NCBI GenBank assembly: GCA_963845145.1
Contig: CAWJQU010000004.1
Location: 192,001 to 256,000 of the forward strand
Origin: an uncultured delta proteobacterium
GTDB lineage: Bacteria > Desulfobacterota > Desulfobacteria > Desulfobacterales > QNYZ01
Direction of reading: 5' to 3'
Length of the DNA stretch: 64,000 nucleotides
Both the position numbers and the translations under genes were made by a program. Below are positions 1 through 8,397 of this stretch, piece after piece (within the stretch, counting starts at the first letter, position 1; each line of letters starts with the position of its first letter). Below the pieces are notes generated by a model that saw only the letters and a program-made list of their open reading frames with translations, did not search any database and was not told where the DNA came from.

Positions 1-260
1 CCGGCCTTTCCGTTTCCGTGGCGGGGATCATCGGTTTCGTGGGCCTGGTGGTGCCCCATTTCATACGAATGATCATGGGCCCGGACCACCGGGTTCTTTT
101 GGCCGGATCGTTTCTGGCCGGGGCCTCATTTCTGATTTTGTGCGATACCCTGGCACGCACGATCATCTCTCCCTTGGAGCTGCCTGTAGGGGTTGTCACC
201 GGTATTATCGGCGGTAGCGTTTTTGTGTATGCCTTGACCCGAAAGCGGGTGGTATTGTGA
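1..260 (+). CDS. Iron/cobalamin ABC transporter permease (FecCD/BtuC family), 5'-partial
   Basis: C-terminal motifs GIIGFVGLVVPH and ELPVGVVTG; frame is open to the window edge; overlaps the ATPase gene. Confidence 0.9.
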   Translation, partial: GLSVSVAGIIGFVGLVVPHFIRMIMGPDHRVLLAGSFLAGASFLILCDTLARTIISPLELPVGVVTGIIGGSVFVYALTRKRVVL

Positions 261-1084
261 ACCAGCCGGTACTTGACATACAAAAGTTATCCTGCGGGTA
301 TGGGGGGAAAACCGTCATCGAGGAGGTTGACCTGACGATCGCATCCGGGGAGATTGTGACGATTATCGGTCCCAACGGGTCCGGCAAAACAACGTTTTTG
401 CGGGCCGTATCCCGGATTTTAACCCCCCAGCGGGGTAAAATATTATTGTTCGGCATTGATATTCATAAGCTGACACCGGAGAAGATGGCCCGGCAGGTTG
501 CCGTGGTGGGCCAATTGCGGGAACCGGTCCCCATGACGGTTCGTGAATATATACTCCTGGGCCGCATTCCCTTTTACAAACGGTTTCAATTTATCGAAAC
601 GGATCGGGACCGCGAGCTGGCTGATCGCTATATTCGACTGACCGGTATCGCCGATTATGAAAACAAACGACTCAATGAATTAAGCGGCGGTCAGATGCAG
701 TTGGCCGCCATTGCCCGGGCTCTGGTTCAGGAGCCGAAGCTTCTGCTCCTCGATGAACCCACGGCCCATCTGGATATTACCCATCAGGCCCGGATTTTGG
801 ATTTGATTCGGCGATTGAACCGTGAGCTTGCCATCACCGTTCTCATGGTGCTTCACGATCTCAATCTGGCCAGCGAGTATTCCCATCGGCTGGTGCTGGT
901 AAAAGATGGGCGTTTGGTCGCCTGCGGCGAGCCCGAACAGGTGATCACTTACAAGACCGTGGAAGATGTGTATAAAACCATCGTGCTGGTGGACAAAAAT
1001 CCGCTTTCCGGGAAGCCATATGTCTTTCTGGTCACTGAGGAACAACAGAAGGCGCAACAAGCGGCGAGTGGGCTGAAAAAATAA
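257..1084 (+). CDS. Iron/cobalamin ABC transporter ATP-binding protein
   Basis: Walker A GPNGSGKT, LSGGQ signature, LLLDEPTAHLD, VLHDLNLA. Confidence 0.93.
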   Translation: MNQPVLDIQKLSCGYGGKTVIEEVDLTIASGEIVTIIGPNGSGKTTFLRAVSRILTPQRGKILLFGIDIHKLTPEKMARQVAVVGQLREPVPMTVREYILLGRIPFYKRFQFIETDRDRELADRYIRLTGIADYENKRLNELSGGQMQLAAIARALVQEPKLLLLDEPTAHLDITHQARILDLIRRLNRELAITVLMVLHDLNLASEYSHRLVLVKDGRLVACGEPEQVITYKTVEDVYKTIVLVDKNPLSGKPYVFLVTEEQQKAQQAASGLKK

Positions 1085-1156
1085 CATCGGGAACCCGTTC
1101 AAAATCCTCGGGCGAACCCATCCGGCAAATCGAAATTGAAACGGCGGTATCGATAG

Positions 1157-1807
1157 ATGCAAACTATATGGCAGATATTTCAAAGCGGTGGGCCGGTGAT
1201 GTGGCCTTTGTTAGGCTGTTCGATGATTACCCTGACCGTGGTGTTGGAACGGATATTTTTTTGGATCGGGTTGGAACGGCATCGGAATCGGCCGCTTCTG
1301 GACGAGGTCCTCGATATTGCCCGCTATGGTGACTGGGAAACGATCAGGAAGAAAACCACCGGGTGCCGCGACCATGTGATTCGCATGCTGGCCGTGGGGA
1401 TTATTCACCGGGAATTTTCACTGGTAAAAGCCATGGAGGCGGAGGCGGAAGAGACGCTGAAACGCATGCGCAAGTTCATGACTGTTTTGGACACCATGAT
1501 TACCGTGGCGCCGTTGTTGGGTATTTTTGGCACGGTCCTCGGCATCATCACCTCATTTAACCTTTTGGGTGCCGGCGGGATCGAAGACCCCAAAACGGTA
1601 ACCGCGGGGATTGCCCAGGCTTTGATTACTACGGCCACGGGCCTGGGGATCGCCATTCTGGCTGTATTTCCCTATAATTATTTCAATACCCGGATCGAAG
1701 CGGCGGCCCATGTCATGGAAAAGTATGCCACCAATTTGGAAATTGTTGCCAAACTGGCTGACAACGGACCATCATCGGATCAAGCGCACCACGGCCAACC
1801 GGAATGA
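1157..1807 (+). CDS. exbB: MotA/TolQ/ExbB proton channel protein
   Basis: GGPVMWPL, APLLGIFGTVLGII, GIAQALITTA; upstream of exbD-tonB. Confidence 0.9.
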   Translation: MQTIWQIFQSGGPVMWPLLGCSMITLTVVLERIFFWIGLERHRNRPLLDEVLDIARYGDWETIRKKTTGCRDHVIRMLAVGIIHREFSLVKAMEAEAEETLKRMRKFMTVLDTMITVAPLLGIFGTVLGIITSFNLLGAGGIEDPKTVTAGIAQALITTATGLGIAILAVFPYNYFNTRIEAAAHVMEKYATNLEIVAKLADNGPSSDQAHHGQPE

Positions 1808-2229
1808 AGTTAAAGTCCAAAATCCGACCCCGTCCCCGTATCGAGATGCTTCCGCTAATCGATATCGTCTTTCTTTTGCTGGTCTTTTTTATCTACGCCA
1901 TGCTTTCCATGGCCGTGCATCGCGGTATGGCTGTGAGTTTGCCGGGTTCGACCCGGGCTGCCGTGACAGATGAAGCCCCTCTTTCTCTATCGGTAAAAAC
2001 GGCACCCGCAGGTCTCGCAATATATCTGAACGAGGAAGCGGTTGAATTGGATGTGCTTGAGAACCGCCTGCGCCAGGCGGTCGGCCAGTCCGGCGATAAA
2101 TCTTCACCGGAGCTATTGCTATTCGCCGACAAGGCCGTGACCTATCAGCAGCTTTACCATGTGCTCGATCGGGTAAACAGCGCCGGAATCGAGAAAATTT
2201 CGCTTCAGGCCGAGGTGGAGAAACCCTAA
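1804..2229 (+). CDS. exbD: Biopolymer transporter ExbD
   Basis: IEMLPLIDIVFLLLVFF transmembrane motif; ADKAV..Q.L..V.D. Confidence 0.92.
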   Translation: MKLKSKIRPRPRIEMLPLIDIVFLLLVFFIYAMLSMAVHRGMAVSLPGSTRAAVTDEAPLSLSVKTAPAGLAIYLNEEAVELDVLENRLRQAVGQSGDKSSPELLLFADKAVTYQQLYHVLDRVNSAGIEKISLQAEVEKP

Positions 2230-3015
2230 ATGCATCGATTCTGGGCCGGCCTCATGATCGCTTTGGGGTGTCATATCCTGTTTTTTTTGGTGCCCGTTAA
2301 TCGACAGCCGGTGAAGCCGTCGCGCCTTCCCCAAACAAATCGCATCACGGTTCGCTTCAACCCGTTACAGCCACCGACGCCTCAACAGGTAGCCAGGGTG
2401 ATACCGCTTCCCCCCGACCCCATTTCTCCGTTGGAAAAGCGGGTGGAAAAACCGCCCCCCAAAAAGGCGCCACCGCCGAAACCCAAACCAAAACCGAAAA
2501 CCGTCCCCAAGCCCCGGAAGGTAAAAAAGAAAAAGGCCCCGGATGCCAAACCGCCTGAACCCCTGCTGCCACCGTCGGGGCCTCAGGTTCAAAAAGAATC
2601 GGCTACGGATGATACATCGAAACCCATAAACAATGTGCCGCCCGTGGCCCGCCCGAACTTGAACGCGCCACCGTCGGTGGCAACGGCGCCCGTTACGCCT
2701 GTCCTGGTGAGCAATATTCCGCCGCCCATGGTCCGTAAGGCTTATCCGAAAAATGAGGGCAATCCGCCCCCCCCATATCCGGTTCTGGCCCGACGGCGTG
2801 GTTGGGAGGGTACCGTTGATCTTTCGGTAATGGTGCTGGAGAATGGGCAGGTCGGCGATATTTCCGTCGAAAAAAGCAGCGGTTATCCCCTCCTGGATGA
2901 GACCGCCCTTAAAACCGTCTCAAAATATCATTTTGTCCCGGGACTAAGCGGCGATCAGGCCGTGGTCATGCGGGTTAAAGTGCCCGTTCACTTTCGCCTC
3001 CGGGATACGAATTAG
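2230..3015 (+). CDS. tonB: Energy transducer TonB
   Basis: N-terminal TM helix, Pro/Lys-rich linker, C-terminal PPYP..ARRRGWEGTV and SSGYPLLDETA. Confidence 0.92.
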   Translation: MHRFWAGLMIALGCHILFFLVPVNRQPVKPSRLPQTNRITVRFNPLQPPTPQQVARVIPLPPDPISPLEKRVEKPPPKKAPPPKPKPKPKTVPKPRKVKKKKAPDAKPPEPLLPPSGPQVQKESATDDTSKPINNVPPVARPNLNAPPSVATAPVTPVLVSNIPPPMVRKAYPKNEGNPPPPYPVLARRRGWEGTVDLSVMVLENGQVGDISVEKSSGYPLLDETALKTVSKYHFVPGLSGDQAVVMRVKVPVHFRLRDTN

Positions 3016-3181
3016 ACCGGGCCGTACATCGAAAACCAGCAAATGGGTGGGTGATGGGGCTTATGACATCGTAGGCCAGGTACCTGGTTATTCGACTCGG
3101 ACTTGAAAACAACCCGATTCTGTATTATTTACCAATATAGATTTAAAAAGATCTCGATTGGAAAACCAAAAAGGACGTATT

Positions 3182-3493
3182 ATGTCTGATGCGCAAGTAA
3201 AAGTGTACTCTTTGAGTACCTGCAGTCATTGTAAATCTGTTAAAAAATTGATGGATGAGTGCAATGTGCAATACGATTATGTGGAGGTGGACAGGTTAAA
3301 GGGCGAAGAGCGTAAGGCGACCTTGGAAGACGTTAGAAAATATAATTCGCGCTGCTCCTTTCCCACCACGATAATTGGTGAAACGGTGGTTGTTGGTTAC
3401 AAGGCGGTCAAAGTCAAAGAGGCGCTGAATGCGCATTTAGATTTGGGTTTAGACATCCTTTCGGAAGATGATAAGAAACAGAAGACGGTTTAA
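3182..3493 (+). CDS. Glutaredoxin/NrdH-like redoxin, copy 1 (C-terminally extended)
   Basis: LSTCSHC active site, SFPT, VGYK; ATG at 3182 after AAAGGA. Confidence 0.85.
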   Translation: MSDAQVKVYSLSTCSHCKSVKKLMDECNVQYDYVEVDRLKGEERKATLEDVRKYNSRCSFPTTIIGETVVVGYKAVKVKEALNAHLDLGLDILSEDDKKQKTV

Positions 3494-3525
3494 AATGGGT
3501 AGTCAAAAATCAAAAAGGACCTATT

Positions 3526-3780
3526 ATGTCAGATGATCCGGTAAAAATATTCTCTTTAAGCACCTGCAGCCATTGTAAATCCGTTAAAAAAATGATGACG
3601 GATTGTACGGTAAAGTACGATTTCGTAGATGTGGACTTGCTAAAAGGCGAAGAGCGCAAGGCCATTTTGGCGGATGTTAAAAAGTTTAACCCAAAATGTT
3701 CTTTCCCGACCATTATTATCGGTGAGAAGGTGATTGTGGGTTACAAGGAAGAAAAAATCAAGGAGGCCCTAAATCTATAA
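3526..3780 (+). CDS. Glutaredoxin/NrdH-like redoxin, copy 2
   Basis: LSTCSHC, CSFPTIIIG; near-duplicate of the upstream gene. Confidence 0.88.
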   Translation: MSDDPVKIFSLSTCSHCKSVKKMMTDCTVKYDFVDVDLLKGEERKAILADVKKFNPKCSFPTIIIGEKVIVGYKEEKIKEALNL

Positions 3781-4112
3781 TGGATGTTGAAAAACTATAC
3801 GAACAATTAAAAAAGATCCAGGAAGCCAAGGGCTACTACTTCAACAAAGACAAAGACCGGGTATTCGAACTTCTTGAAGCACTTATCGAAAACAAAAAAC
3901 GCTACGGTTACATGGTCTGCCCCTGCCGCCTCGCCGGCGAAGACCGCGAGGCCGACAGTGATATTATCTGCCCCTGCGTCTATCGTGAACCCGATGTGGC
4001 CGAATTCGGCAGTTGTTATTGCAGCCTCTACGTTTCTAAAGCCTGGAACGATGAAACCTTCGAGCACGAATACATCCCCGAACGGCGACCACCGGAGAAG
4101 ATGGGCTTCTGA
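3780..4112 (+). CDS. Ferredoxin:thioredoxin reductase catalytic subunit-like protein
   Basis: CPCR, CPC and GSCYCSLY motifs. Confidence 0.9.
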   Translation: MDVEKLYEQLKKIQEAKGYYFNKDKDRVFELLEALIENKKRYGYMVCPCRLAGEDREADSDIICPCVYREPDVAEFGSCYCSLYVSKAWNDETFEHEYIPERRPPEKMGF

Positions 4113-4245
4113 TTTCGGGCGTCGGTAATCTTGCTTATATCAACACCGCCTTCGTTTTCTCCGAAAGCGTTTCCCCTACCTGTATAAAACCCATGGATAT
4201 AATGGATATCGCCTGCATCCTCATCCCGCTCATCCCGTTTCATTT

Positions 4246-4353
4246 TTATTGCCGGGATGTGTGATATGGGTATTGATAATAATGTAAAACTTCACGCACT
4301 TGATCCATCAAACGGTATTCCGGATTGGGTTTAAATTTAGGGTTGCTTTCCAT
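4246..4353 (-). pseudogene. intI: N-terminal stub of an integron integrase
   Basis: Reverse strand reads MESNPKFKPNPEYRLMDQVREVLHYYQYPYHTSRQ*, resembling the IntI N-terminus (LMDQVREVLRYxHYxxxT); divergent from the attC array; not in the ORF track. Confidence 0.75.
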
Positions 4354-4460
4354 ATTATCATTAATTTAAAATGTTAAGCAGATAATGTAGGTGATAAACA
4401 AAAAGCTAATTAAATCAAGGGATTTTTTACGCAATAAATAAATTATATTTATATAGGCAG
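4354..4460. promoter_or_regulatory. AT-rich intI/attI intergenic region (candidate Pc/Pint and degenerate attI)
   Basis: Lies between the intI stub and the first cassette; IHF-like AATCAAgggaTTT; no intact GTTRRRY core. Confidence 0.35.
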
Positions 4461-4691
4461 AATTATTTTCCATATATATCGTCAGATATGATGGAAAATT
4501 TTACATCTATTAACACTGTTATCAGCTTTAAAAATGAATAAAACCAGTAAGTTATTCAGAACAATTTGAAAGTCGAAAAGTATTCCTTTTGCAGGTTGGA
4601 AAAATTGAATAAAGCAATTTGATCAAAAGTATATTTTATCGGTAGTCGTTTGAAGGCCTCGTGTTCAATGAATCGTCGCAGCTGCACCGGC

Positions 4692-4800
4692 TGCTAACCT
4701 GGCAATCAAGCGGACGGAATATGGCGTGTTCTTTAAATTGAATAACTCGGTGGGTCACGCAAGCTCGCGTTGCCGCCGCCGCTTATCACGACCGTTAGCG
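4692..4800 (+). other. attC site 1, with R' interrupted by the group II intron after GTTA
   Basis: R'' TGCTAAC; ATcAAGCGGaCGG pairs with CCGCCGCTTAT leaving two extrahelical bases; R' GTTAG. Confidence 0.85.
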
Positions 4801-6014
4801 CGCCAAGCGAAGCTTGGTGCATCTTGCAGGGTGCAAGTCCCTGTCGGGAAAGGGTTAGCCACCCACCCGTATCGAGTGTTGCGTCTGTGGCGGAGTTTCG
4901 GATGGTCCGGAACGAACAAAACAGGCGAAGCGTACATAGAGAATCATGCAGGCCGTAGGGGAGTCCGCGCTCCCTGAAGTGCTGGTATCGCTCCGAAAAG
5001 AAGCTGTTCCGGTTGCCGAGGGTTGTAATCCGCCTGAGGCGGAAAGGCAATACAAGATTATCCGATAACGGCGAGGATATGAAGGGCCGGCGGAGTTATC
5101 AAGCCGTGGCATGTATGAAGAGATGCATACAAGAACTTGGGAGGCCCATTCGATCCCTGGACAGTCATAGGGTATGGCGACACTGAGGCACGCAGGGGAA
5201 ACCCGGATACAGTACTCGGCGCAAACCTAAGTGATTGTCAAATAAGGAAGGGGAACCAAAGCTGACGTGGAGGAACCCTGGTTGGGTGGGAGTCGTATCA
5301 AGCATAGTAATCGGAGGTGGGGAAAGCCCACTACATGGTGAAGGACTTGACGGAAGTACGCAGCCTGCAAAGGAAACACATGCCGGACAAAGCTGGATCG
5401 GTCAAAGATGTGCCAACCTCACTGCGGGGAATAGCGAAAACGGCAAGTCTCAACAAGCAACATCGCTTTCGGGATCTTTATCGAATGCTCAACAAAGCGG
5501 TTGCCATGATTCTAACGGCGATCTATGAGCAGAACTTTTTAGACTGTTCGTATGGATACCGTCCGGGCAAGGGGGCTAAGGGCGCGGTTAGTGATCTTGT
5601 ATTTCAGTTCCAGTATGGCGTCTTCGGTTATGTTGTGGAAGCTGATATCAAAAGGTATTTTGATAACATCGATTATGATAAGCTGATGGCCATGCTGGAG
5701 AATCGGATCAATGACCGTGCGTTTTTGCGGTTGATTGCCAAATGGCTGAAAGCGGGTATTTTAGAGCCGAGTAAGACGAAGATCGTAAGATTCAGTCGAT
5801 TTCATCCCAGCCGGAAGCGTGGCAAGACGTTCACGTTTCTTGGGTTTGAATTTTATTGGTTCAAAGACCGTAAAGGAGTCATCCGTGCAAAGCGGCGCAC
5901 AGCGTCCTCCAAGCAGCGAATTGCGTTACGCCGAATGAGGGCCTGGCTAAAGCCTCCAGGCATCTGCCGAAGAAGCATTTCTTTCAGACTTTAAAGCACA
6001 AGCTGATCGGCCAT
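4798..6014 (+). mobile_element. Group II intron (class-E-like), internally deleted and 3'-truncated
   Basis: 5' GCGCG and first hairpin, GGGTGCAAGTCCC, EBS1 hairpin 5059-5079, GAACTTGGGAGGCCC junction, DIII-like AGTCG..CATAGTA..GAAGG, RT ORF; DV/DVI not found. Confidence 0.85.
5317..6014 (+). pseudogene. Group II intron reverse transcriptase/maturase pseudogene
   Basis: TSLRGIA..HRFRDLY, IYEQNFLDCSYGYRP, VVEADIKRYFDNID, FTFLGFEFYW; PQG and YADD blocks absent; frameshift near 5950 leads to KHKLIGH; real start is probably downstream of 5317. Confidence 0.88.
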
Positions 6015-6045
6015 AAAAGCAAACATAGAGAATAAAGTAGATAAT

Positions 6046-6294
6046 ATGCCTTTCAAAACAGATGATTTGGGTCGAACTGAACTATTTTTTCATGCTGCCT
6101 CAGGGAATCTACAAGCAGTTGAGAAGGTGATATTTAGCCTTGCAGGAACAGGTATGTGTCCTCAAAGATTGAGTATGATCTCTCACAAAGATAAGAATGG
6201 GCAAACAGCTGCTGACATTGCAGATGAAAATGGGCATACAGAAATATCAAAATTACTAAATTCTGAGCAGGGCCGCATGGAATACTTTGGATAG
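6046..6294 (+). CDS. Small ankyrin-repeat protein (cassette gene)
   Basis: DDLGRTELFFHAASGN and DKNGQTAADIADENGHTEISKLL repeats; followed by an attC site. Confidence 0.75.
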   Translation: MPFKTDDLGRTELFFHAASGNLQAVEKVIFSLAGTGMCPQRLSMISHKDKNGQTAADIADENGHTEISKLLNSEQGRMEYFG

Positions 6295-6299
6295 TAGAA

Positions 6300-6427
6300 A
6301 CATAACGAATCATTCAACCTGAAAAAAGAGGTCGGGGCTTTGGAAATTTCAAGGCACGCACCAAGTTCGCATTTATTTCGTGTTTCACGGTACGCATCCT
6401 TTTTTCAGCTTATTTCAAACGTATAAC
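6300..6427 (+). other. attC site 2 (R' missing one T)
   Basis: R'' ACATAAC, CTGAAAAAAG / CTTTTTTCAG arms, R' reads GTATAAC. Confidence 0.7.
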
Positions 6428-6447
6428 AAAAAAATTGAATGGAAGAA

Positions 6448-6714
6448 TTACGGTAGGTTTCGATAGATATCCTTACGATGGCCAACCTTGACTATCAGAA
6501 TTACAAGGACCTCCTTTTGAACCTCATAGATTATGCGATAATCACCAGTGCGGACTTTGTGAAAAGGGTTATTCCCTTTCATTTTCGTGATGTCCGGATT
6601 CGGAAGATTTTCAGCCAGGCTGTCAATTTTTTCGATTACTCGCTTTCTGTCGGCTTTTGGAATCTTTTTGAGTGCTTTTGCGGCAGACCTTTTAACCGCT
6701 ATTCGGAAGCTCAA
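6448..6714 (-). CDS. RelE/ParE family toxin
   Basis: KVRTGDYRIIYEV and VKVGHRKDIYR; overlaps the antitoxin stop. Confidence 0.9.
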   Translation of the reverse strand: MSFRIAVKRSAAKALKKIPKADRKRVIEKIDSLAENLPNPDITKMKGNNPFHKVRTGDYRIIYEVQKEVLVILIVKVGHRKDIYRNLP

Positions 6715-6962
6715 ATTTCAAGCTCCTTTTTCAAATCTTCCCAGGGTATTGGTTCTCCGGGTTCGTTTTTCGCTTTCCAGGCATCGTCAATATCAATTTG
6801 GTCCTCTATTTCCTGCAACAGCTTTAATTCTTTCATAGAAACCAGGGCGGCCATGGGCTCACCGCGACGAGTCAAAACGAAAGACTCATCTCCAAATGCG
6901 ACCCTATTGATTATATTGGAAAATTTTTTTCTGGCGTCAGCCGTCGTAATCTTGTTAAGCAT
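6711..6962 (-). CDS. Phd/YefM family antitoxin
   Basis: TTADARKKFSNIINRV, VLTRRGEPMAALVS, IPWEDLKKEL. Confidence 0.9.
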   Translation of the reverse strand: MLNKITTADARKKFSNIINRVAFGDESFVLTRRGEPMAALVSMKELKLLQEIEDQIDIDDAWKAKNEPGEPIPWEDLKKELEI

Positions 6963-6976
6963 AATGATTACCTCAT

Positions 6977-7031
6977 AAGTGCAATATGTTCGTTTTGTAC
7001 AAATTGTACGTATTGATGCTTATATTGTCAA
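6977..7031 (-). promoter_or_regulatory. Sigma70 promoter and operator repeats of the TA operon
   Basis: TTGACA (7031-7026), 17-bp spacer, TACAAT (7008-7003); GTnC cores at a 9-bp period overlap the -10. Confidence 0.8.
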
Positions 7032-7058
7032 CTTATATAATTTTGTTTAATTCAGGGG

Positions 7059-7116
7059 TGTTATAAAATCACTGGTGTGGACGCTAAAAAACAAGCGCCA
7101 CACAGTTCAACCGTTA
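7059..7116 (+). other. attC site 3 (R'' damaged; R' interrupted by intron fragment)
   Basis: ACTGgTGTGGaCGCT pairs with AGCGCCACACAGT leaving two extrahelical bases; ends CCGTTA. Confidence 0.8.
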
Positions 7117-7239
7117 TCGTGCCGAGCAAAGCTCGGTGCATCTTTCAGGGTGCAAGTCCCTGTCGGGTAAGGGTTAGTCACACCCACCCGTATCGAGTGT
7201 TGCGTCTGTGGCGGAGTTTCGGGTGGCCAGGAACGAACA
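7117..7239 (+). mobile_element. 5' fragment of a second, diverged copy of the same group II intron
   Basis: Near-identical to 4798-4918, with a compensatory change in the first hairpin. Confidence 0.88.
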
Positions 7240-7261
7240 TGATGTAAAAATAAAAAAACAA

Positions 7262-7355
7262 AGCTAACACCCCGTCGCTTAAGACTGACCGACAGAAGGC
7301 GGCTTCGCCTTTTCTGTTCCCCTCGGCTTTCAGCCTCGGCGGCAATTATCTCAAT
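7262..7355 (+). other. attC-like site 4 (R' lost)
   Basis: AGCTAAC R'', internal inverted repeats, no GTT. Confidence 0.45.
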
Positions 7356-7373
7356 TCTTCATAATATAAATAG

Positions 7374-7484
7374 TATGATAAATTTGTTGTAAATATTGGG
7401 TTTGAGGCTACGGATCAAGAACAAAAAGATCTTATCAATGCCGCTAAAGATATGTTTTTAAATGTGCTACAAATTAATGTTTGA
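7374..7484 (+). pseudogene. 3' remnant of an unknown cassette gene
   Basis: Open frame YDKFVVNIGFEATDQEQKDLINAAKDMFLNVLQINV* ending just before attC 5. Confidence 0.45.
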
Positions 7485-7489
7485 TAGAT

Positions 7490-7556
7490 TGAGAACCATG
7501 GCTTTCAGTGGATCGCGGTCCAAAAGCGGCCGTTCTCGCTGAAGGCAGCGTTCGGT
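7490..7556 (+). other. attC site 5
   Basis: TGAGAAC, TTTCAGTG / CGCTGAAG arms, GTTCGGT. Confidence 0.65.
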
Positions 7557-7667
7557 CGCTTTCTATAAATCAATGAAAATTCGAACTGACATCGATAACT
7601 TGTATTTCCAGCGGAGCGTTATCGGGTCCAACAAAATTCATGTTAGCAAAATCGAAAAAAAACTCAG

Positions 7668-8267
7668 ATGTATAAAATTCCTGCAACCCAGCATCGAACC
7701 GAAGAAACCATAAAAAGAAGTAAATTTATTGCAACAGTCGACCATGCTTGTAGAAAAGAAGATGTAAAGGCGTTTATTTCAATTATTAAAAAAGAGTTTC
7801 CAGATGCGTCACATCATTGCTGGGCATATGTTGCCGGTCCTCCTGGGGATACCGCCCGAATTGGCATGAGTGATGATGGAGAACCTCACGGGACAGCCGG
7901 AAAACCAATACTTTCCGTTCTTTTACATTCTGAAATTGGAGAAATCGTTGCGGTTGTTACAAGATATTTCGGAGGCACAAAACTCGGAACAGGCGGACTT
8001 GTTAGAGCATATTCCGGTTCTGTTAAAAACGCCCTTGCGGGACTATCGGTTAAAGAGAAAAGGGATGTTCTTTCCTTAACCGTTATTTTTGATTATTCAA
8101 AAATAACGGCTGTTAAACGGATGATTAAATCCTTTAATTCTGAGATTATTGAGGAAAATTATGGGGCGGATGTCTCTTTAAAGGTTGAAATACCTAAAAA
8201 TAGTGAAGATCATTTTACCTGTGCTATCACAGATTTGACAGGAGGGGAGATACTTATTGCCAAATAA
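7668..8267 (+). CDS. yigZ: YigZ/IMPACT family protein
   Basis: IKRSKFIA, ASHHCWAY, SDDGEPHGTAG, VTRYFGGTKLGTGGLVRAY. Confidence 0.92.
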   Translation: MYKIPATQHRTEETIKRSKFIATVDHACRKEDVKAFISIIKKEFPDASHHCWAYVAGPPGDTARIGMSDDGEPHGTAGKPILSVLLHSEIGEIVAVVTRYFGGTKLGTGGLVRAYSGSVKNALAGLSVKEKRDVLSLTVIFDYSKITAVKRMIKSFNSEIIEENYGADVSLKVEIPKNSEDHFTCAITDLTGGEILIAK

Positions 8268-8397
8268 TATGAATAGATCACCACTAATTGCGGAACGATC
8301 ATTCTGTCTATGGCTTTTAGGAAAAGGCACAAGGGTTCGAGAATATATGCGATTACAAATTTTAATAAACGCCACTATAAATAACTTGAAGACAGGC

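Noticed and set aside
1088..1148. Possible degenerate MITE between the ABC ATPase gene and exbB
   Set aside because: Only a short imperfect inverted repeat (CCGTTCAA / TTGAAACGG); not enough evidence.
2440..2545. Repetitive CCN/AAR sequence as a DNA repeat element
   Set aside because: It encodes the normal Pro/Lys linker of TonB.
4726..5528. Short ORFs of 60-105 aa overlapping the intron RNA
   Set aside because: They lie in structured intron and attC sequence and show no protein motifs.
5317..5994. RT as a retron, DGR or defence-associated RT
   Set aside because: It is preceded by recognisable group II intron domains I-III and carries maturase-type motifs. I saw no msr/msd or TR/VR repeats.
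6478..6978. 166-aa plus-strand ORF
   Set aside because: Antisense shadow of the TA pair.
7594..7650. Additional attC before yigZ
   Set aside because: GATAAC..GTTATC and GTTAGCA are present, but the L boxes and arm pairing cannot be assigned.
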